DNA of 64,000 nt from Candidatus Shapirobacteria bacterium. Its GTDB lineage: Bacteria > Patescibacteriota > Microgenomatia > UBA12405. Positions within the stretch are counted from its first letter, which is position 1, and each line of letters begins with the position of its first letter. The position numbers were made by a program, and so were the translations under genes. The stretch lies in NCBI GenBank assembly GCA_041661765.1, contig JBAZTV010000003.1, forward strand, positions 143,914 through 207,913. The letters run 5' to 3'. Under the pieces are notes generated by a model. That model did no database searches. It was given only the letters and a program-made list of their open reading frames with translations, and was not told the DNA's origin. Below are positions 59,801 to 64,000 of this stretch, piece after piece.

Positions 59801-61783
59801 GCCGTTTCTTCTAATTCTATGATTGGTTATTGGAAATTTGACGAAGGCAGTGGCACCACCGCCAACAATTCCGGCAACGGCGGTTCTGCTTTAAACGGAA
59901 CATTAACTGGTACAACCATCCCAACCTGGACCAACGACAGTAAATCTGGTAAAGCCATCAATTTAAATGGCATCAATAGTTTTGCTCGAACTGGCATTAT
60001 CCCTGCCTCCGATGCTTTTTCTCTTTCTGTTTGGTTCAAAGCCAATCAAGTTAGAGATCAAAATCGAATTTATTGGGGCACTGGTACAGACAAAGCAATA
60101 CTAGCTTTTTCCGGTACATCAGGATATTTAACTTGGTATATGTCTGCCTCTGGTGGTAATACAGGTTATAAAACTACATCAAAAAAAATTAATATTAATG
60201 ACTGGAATCACGTTGTTTTAGTTTACAACGGCAGTATTGTTAAATGTTTTATTAATGGAGTCGAAGATAATATCATAGGTACTTTAACTGGTACTAGTGT
60301 TGCTTCTGCTATTAATTTAGGTACTAATTATAATAATACTGGAAATTGGTTTGACGGAAAAATAGATGAGGTTAAAGCTTATAACTACGCTCTCACCTCC
60401 GACGAAATCAAACTCGACTACAATCAAGGTTCTGCCCTACAAATGGGACAAACTTCTCAAACCATCAGTGGCACCACCACTTCTCTAGAATATTGCATTC
60501 CTGGCGATACTTCGGCCTGCGCCTCCCCTGTTGCCGAATGGAACTTCGAAGAAAACACCGGCACCACCACCAAAGATTCTAGTGGCAATAATAACACCGG
60601 CACTTTTGGCACCGGATCTTCCGCCCCCACCTGGACAATTGGCAAAAAAAATACCGGCGCCGGATTAAGATTTGATGGAGTTAATGATTATTTAACATTC
60701 CCTAATTATTTTAATTTAAGTCCCGCCACCCTAGAATTTTGGTTTAAAGCCAATAGTTGGTCCAACTCCCCATTAATTATCGGTAAAGATAGTGCTGGCG
60801 CCACTAACGGATATGTTCAATATGTTAGTAGTCAATTAAGATTTTATGCACCTGGAAACACAGTAACTGTTAATTGGGGTAATCCATCATTAAACACCTG
60901 GCACCATGCCACTTTAGTTATCACCGGAACTCAACATTTAGCTTATTTAGATGGTGCATTAGTTGGCTCTCCAGTTTCTTCCGCACTGGCTTTATTCACT
61001 GGCAACTATAATTTTAAAGTTGGCTGTTACGATAATGGCGCTTTAGCATTCAATGGTTCCATTGATCAAATGAAGATTTACAATTACGCCCGCACCCCCG
61101 CCCAAGTCGCCTACGACTATAACAAAGGGGGTCCAATTGGTTGGTGGAAGCTTGACGAATGCCAAGGTTCCGTGGCTAACGACTCATCCGGAATAGGTAA
61201 TACTGGATCAATTAATATCAGTGCTAGCGGCACCCAAACCTCTGTCGGTACTTGCACCACTTCTGGCACTGCCTGGGGCAACGGTGCTAGCGGTAAAATC
61301 AACTCTTCGCTAAACTTCGATGGAACAGATGATGAAATTAGTATAGGATCATTTGGTATTCTAAATAATTACACTATATCATTTTGGGCAAAACATAATG
61401 TTTCAAGTAAGATGCCTATTGGTTCTAGGTCTGGCACTACTTATTATTGGTATGGAGACAGTAGTTGGAAATATACTCATGGAGGAACTTCCGGTGAATT
61501 TTATTATCCAAAGTCAGTAAATATTCCCAATGGGACCTGGGGACATTTCACTGTTACTTATGATGGAATTAATGTCCGCATTTACAGAAACGGAAAGTTT
61601 GAAGGTTCTCAAGGTTCTACTGGTACAGCAGATTTTTCTAATGGATTTTATTTAGGATGGGGATATCCAGATAGTAGTTATCATTTTAATGGTCAAATAG
61701 ATGACGTTCGCATCTACAACTACGCCTTAACTCCGGAACAAGTCAAGACACTTTACAATGGTGGAGCGGTCAGCTTTAATTAA
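56633..61783 (+). CDS. Giant surface protein: TM + DUF2341 + glycine-rich domain + 6 LamG domains
   Basis: YRIHTFTS.G...VLVVAGGGGG...GASGIVVVR; six LamG modules. Confidence 0.88.
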   Translation: MKSKKLDINNWSVKSLLIILFFLLISIVILWKFVLPNHKVEASWWNDGWNYRKAVSISNTGAAQTNTQIKILNNYDLSALVTAGKIQADLDDLRFTDINGNLLNYWIEDSTNNSVDIWGVVSSLPTSGTTIYMYYGNPSATSVSSTSNITIGGTMTSIGGYRIHTFTSNGTLTNANNTNAEVLVVAGGGGGGSSSGVGDGGSGGGGAGGLTYNSSYALTQGQIINITVGVGGTNGATSSHQSGTDGGNSIFGAITTNGGGGGGTTGVNGRPGGSGGGGGYNGYTTIRYGGSGVVGIGNSGGATTDLASASGAGGGGAGGVGGNNITGHVGGNGGLGINYSITGIGVTYASGGRGGGGAAPVNKTANTGNGGDGAYSTSIPTSGASGIVVVRFLSGTASTPSTEEAGGGPIAYWKFDEGTGTSAYNSTTSNHNGALQNGTSWASEDQCVSGKCLKFDGVNDYVSAGVGTDYLPMNTFSICAWAKSPGLASGMSLNGIISYTYGLTMSIDGSGHFLSRVDDGSNIVGVTESSQNLYDNKFHHLCFTFDGTNRYMYIDGKLKVTTATTWNNRYSSNSVNIGHENNNSPIYKFNGFIDEPKIYPYARTAAQIKLDYNSRGSSKGTSANLGSAASDNNLSDGLVGYWKMDENTGISITDSSGLGYTGIFGTGDSAPSWSSGKFGVGTSFDGSNDYIDAGNVLNMGTNDMTISTWIKTTNSSSTAQYIVSKSLAAAQNYRYGIFTRNGTAGIFMQGDGGADVVVYGTKNIADGNWHNITYIFNRDDKADIYVDGIYDVGQTISQWNGKNMVSINPFRIGAYTAADNTGITSSFSGFIDETRVYNRALSPTEVSQLYEFAPGPIFYWDFNEGIGTTAFDKQNHTNLPISNATYTSGKYGGGLNFNGNAWLEKSISPSIAAAQDYTQCLWFNTSTNATRQILIDDSNQWEHWIAINTNKTISGCYYNASQMCATSTNIINLNTWNYVCLAVQSGQKMSLFLNGSLWAENTNIGSTLPKIYDDVCIGKAGGGSNEKFTGKIDDVKIYNYARTQKQITEDMNANHPAVSSNSMIGYWKFDEGSGTTANNSGNGGSALNGTLTGTTIPTWTNDSKSGKAINLNGINSFARTGIIPASDAFSLSVWFKANQVRDQNRIYWGTGTDKAILAFSGTSGYLTWYMSASGGNTGYKTTSKKININDWNHVVLVYNGSIVKCFINGVEDNIIGTLTGTSVASAINLGTNYNNTGNWFDGKIDEVKAYNYALTSDEIKLDYNQGSALQMGQTSQTISGTTTSLEYCIPGDTSACASPVAEWNFEENTGTTTKDSSGNNNTGTFGTGSSAPTWTIGKKNTGAGLRFDGVNDYLTFPNYFNLSPATLEFWFKANSWSNSPLIIGKDSAGATNGYVQYVSSQLRFYAPGNTVTVNWGNPSLNTWHHATLVITGTQHLAYLDGALVGSPVSSALALFTGNYNFKVGCYDNGALAFNGSIDQMKIYNYARTPAQVAYDYNKGGPIGWWKLDECQGSVANDSSGIGNTGSINISASGTQTSVGTCTTSGTAWGNGASGKINSSLNFDGTDDEISIGSFGILNNYTISFWAKHNVSSKMPIGSRSGTTYYWYGDSSWKYTHGGTSGEFYYPKSVNIPNGTWGHFTVTYDGINVRIYRNGKFEGSQGSTGTADFSNGFYLGWGYPDSSYHFNGQIDDVRIYNYALTPEQVKTLYNGGAVSFN

Positions 61784-61795
61784 AATTTCTAGTCT

Positions 61796-61869
61796 GTAGA
61801 GACGTAGCGCGCTACGTCTCTACAAAAATAATATTCTCCCAGTAGAGACGCCACGCATGGCGTCTCTAC
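61796..61869. repeat. Two 28-bp GTAGAGACG-N10-CGTCTCTAC REPs
   Basis: Family also at 8183, 9956, 32926, 34264, 34386, 44075, 62594, 63520. Confidence 0.9.
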
Positions 61870-61893
61870 CAAAAACCACTTTCTTTATTATTT

Positions 61894-61999
61894 AAAACCC
61901 TCCGTCTCTTCGAGCCACCTCCCTTGACAGGGAGGCTTCAGCTCACCAAATAAAGGTCCCCTGTCAAGGGGAAGGTGGTACGAAGTACCAAGGGGTTTT
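61894..61999. repeat. Gene-less inverted pair of DUF559-associated repeats
   Basis: AAAACCCTCCG..CACCTCCCTTGACAGGGAGGC ... CCCCTGTCAAGGGGAAGGTG..GGGGTTTT. Confidence 0.8.
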
Positions 62000-62073
62000 G
62001 TATTCTTTTTATGATAAATATTACAATTATTTGATGTATTTTATTAATATTATTCTCATTTATACTTTAAATT

Positions 62074-62343
62074 ATGCTTACCCAACAAGATTTATCTCAA
62101 TTTAAAAAAATACTCCAACCCATCAACGACAGATTAGATAAAATTAACGATAAGTTAATTGAACATGATAAAAAGTTTGACAAAATCGATGCTAAGTTTA
62201 AAAAAATAGACAAACAACTCAAAAAAATTCAAAAAGATCTCACCACCACTATAAAATATTTCGATAATAATTGTCTTACACACAAAAAACATCTCGACAG
62301 AATAGAACAGCATCTCGGTTTATCACAATTTCCAATCATCTAA
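62074..62343 (+). CDS. Heptad-repeat coiled-coil protein, copy 2
   Basis: Near-identical C-terminus and ~70-bp upstream region to the 45336 gene. Confidence 0.8.
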   Translation: MLTQQDLSQFKKILQPINDRLDKINDKLIEHDKKFDKIDAKFKKIDKQLKKIQKDLTTTIKYFDNNCLTHKKHLDRIEQHLGLSQFPII

Positions 62344-63033
62344 ATTTAAAACGCCCCCCCCATAATATTCATTTGTTCCATCCCTCACAAAATTTTCTCT
62401 ACGATATATCCCCTACGACCTAAATCCTAATTTTAACCATTCCTTAAACACCAAACCATTCTTTTATACCGATTAGCAAACAGACCAAAATTCTGCCACC
62501 AAAAATCCCTCTAGTACATCAAAAATAAACAAAACTAAAACTAACCCATCAAAAATTTAATTTTAAAAAGTATCTTATAAAAAGAAATAATCTGTAGAGA
62601 CGCCATGCATGGCGTCTCTACAATATTTAAATATGTCTCTACTAATTTAAATATGTCTCAGCAAAAATTATTTTCACACTTTACAAACACATCCTATAAT
62701 TATTTTTAGTTATATACATCACATCTCTTTATCTACAATCTATCACCTACGACCTAAGATTCATTTATACCCTTCTCTTAAACACAAAAACGCCCTCCAC
62801 TCCCCTTTAGCACCACCGTGTCCAATCTGCCAACAAAAATAAAATAAATACATCATAAACAAACATTTAAAAACATTGTGACTCAAAAATTAAATTGAAA
62901 AAAATAGCTTATATTTTAAAATCCCTCTCTAGTTTCAATCTTCCCCCTGACCCCCTTCTTTGACAAGACGGGGGAAATAATTGTCTTTTTTAAAGTCCCT
63001 CTTGTCAAAGAGGGATTTAGGGAGATTGAATCC

Positions 63034-63486
63034 CTATCTAAAAGTTACCGTCACCGTTCCATTCAACGAAACCCCACCCACACTAGCAGTTAATTCATAC
63101 TGTTGAGCTGTTGTCGATGTTAACTCAAAAGTTGCCTTACCCAAGCTATCCGTTGCCGCATCTAATTCTAAACCATTCTGCTTTGCAGAACCTAGCCCGC
63201 TCAATTGAACTGATTTACCAGCAATACCCTTTCCATCACTATCTAAAACAAAAACATTCACCACACACTTCTCCTGACCATCTGCCTTAGCCACCATTTT
63301 TTGACCAATTAACAAAGAGTTTTTAATCGAAACTTTTTGAACCGTACTCGCTTTAGTCAAAGTCACCAACGCCTTAGGAATCACAGACGTCCCCAAATAA
63401 ATCACTGCCGCTATAGCCACTAAAAAACCGATACCACTGTATAATATGTTCTTTTTATCAGCAATCATCTTAGTAAATAATAGCAC
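63034..63486 (-). CDS. Membrane-anchored Big_1 Ig-domain protein; start probably a few codons inside the ORF
   Basis: AKADG, LDSDGKGI, TDSLGKATF.LTS; paralog of 45940. Confidence 0.8.
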   Translation of the reverse strand: MLLFTKMIADKKNILYSGIGFLVAIAAVIYLGTSVIPKALVTLTKASTVQKVSIKNSLLIGQKMVAKADGQEKCVVNVFVLDSDGKGIAGKSVQLSGLGSAKQNGLELDAATDSLGKATFELTSTTAQQYELTASVGGVSLNGTVTVTFR

Positions 63487-64000
63487 AAAAAAATAATTGT
63501 TTAAAACCCACTTGACTCTGTAGAGACGTAGCGCGCTACGTCTCTACTTAATAAACCCGATGTCTCTATTAATCAAACCTGATTCCCTTCCTTTTAGCAC
63601 CAACTACCAACCACTGCTAATCTCTAATAAATTTAAAAACACACCTAAAAACAGGCATATTTAACCTAATTTTTAAACTTAAAAATCAAAAAATAATCCC
63701 AAAACTAATTTTTTCTCCCAAAAAGGATACAAATTATCACCCTCTAGCTACTTATATATCAATATAATTCATTATATCTTAAACAAAATTTATTAAAAAT
63801 TAACATTAATTTAATTTTTAATTTAAAAAAAATTTATTTTTTTACCAAAAAATTCACTTCCTAATTACCTTTTTTAAATCATCTTTGTACCCCTAAAGTA
63901 TATCATTTAATATCTTTTAGAGTAAACCGCATTTCTCCGCATTAACAAATTTTTACCGGCTCGTATTAGGTTATATTTTGATTTTATTTATACCACATTG

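Noticed and set aside
223-61302. Numerous short ORFs in the track overlapping identified genes (e.g. 223-423, 3168-3497, 13195-13560, 47695-47949)
   Set aside because: Antisense or alternate-frame shadows of well-supported genes, without motifs.
46815-61783. Diversity-generating retroelement acting on the LamG genes
   Set aside because: No reverse transcriptase in the window and no TR/VR pair with adenine-only differences; the shared segments are all coding joints.
1-64000. Alternative genetic code (TGA=Gly)
   Set aside because: Conserved genes are intact under code 11, and several (ddl, mreB, ruvA) end at TGA at the expected position.

Overview
AT-rich bacterial chromosomal segment using the standard code, with TGA as a stop. 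Gene content and style suggest Patescibacteria/CPR, probably Microgenomates; this is inference, not a database result. The first ~38 kb is mostly housekeeping: class II RNR plus nrdR with tandem NrdR boxes, secE-nusG-rplK-rplA, ddl/alr/murF, L10 leader-rplJ-rplL, GDP-mannose genes, ruvCAB, murB, tagA, mreB, tRNA-Pro/Arg, M16 peptidase, leuS, comEA and a split comEC. From ~39 kb the window is a cell-surface island with WxL-like/DUF916-like pairs, Ig-like proteins and three giant DUF2341-LamG adhesins. Most notable unexplained structure: (1) a 67-nt D-arm-reduced tRNA-like RNA with an Ala-type acceptor and a Gly anticodon loop, followed by a separately promoted small RNA that starts with a perfect 17-nt antisense to its anticodon arm; (2) unrelated orphan ORFs packaged in a shared promoter-hairpin-boxA-SD...structured-terminator chassis; (3) a bipartite palindrome family bracketing DUF559 endonuclease genes, in parallel to a RAYT/GTAG-REP system; (4) several palindrome families translated in frame inside essential genes; (5) LamG genes with conserved C-rich junctions and divergent module cores. 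Products were assigned by eye from motifs. No searches or folding programs were run.
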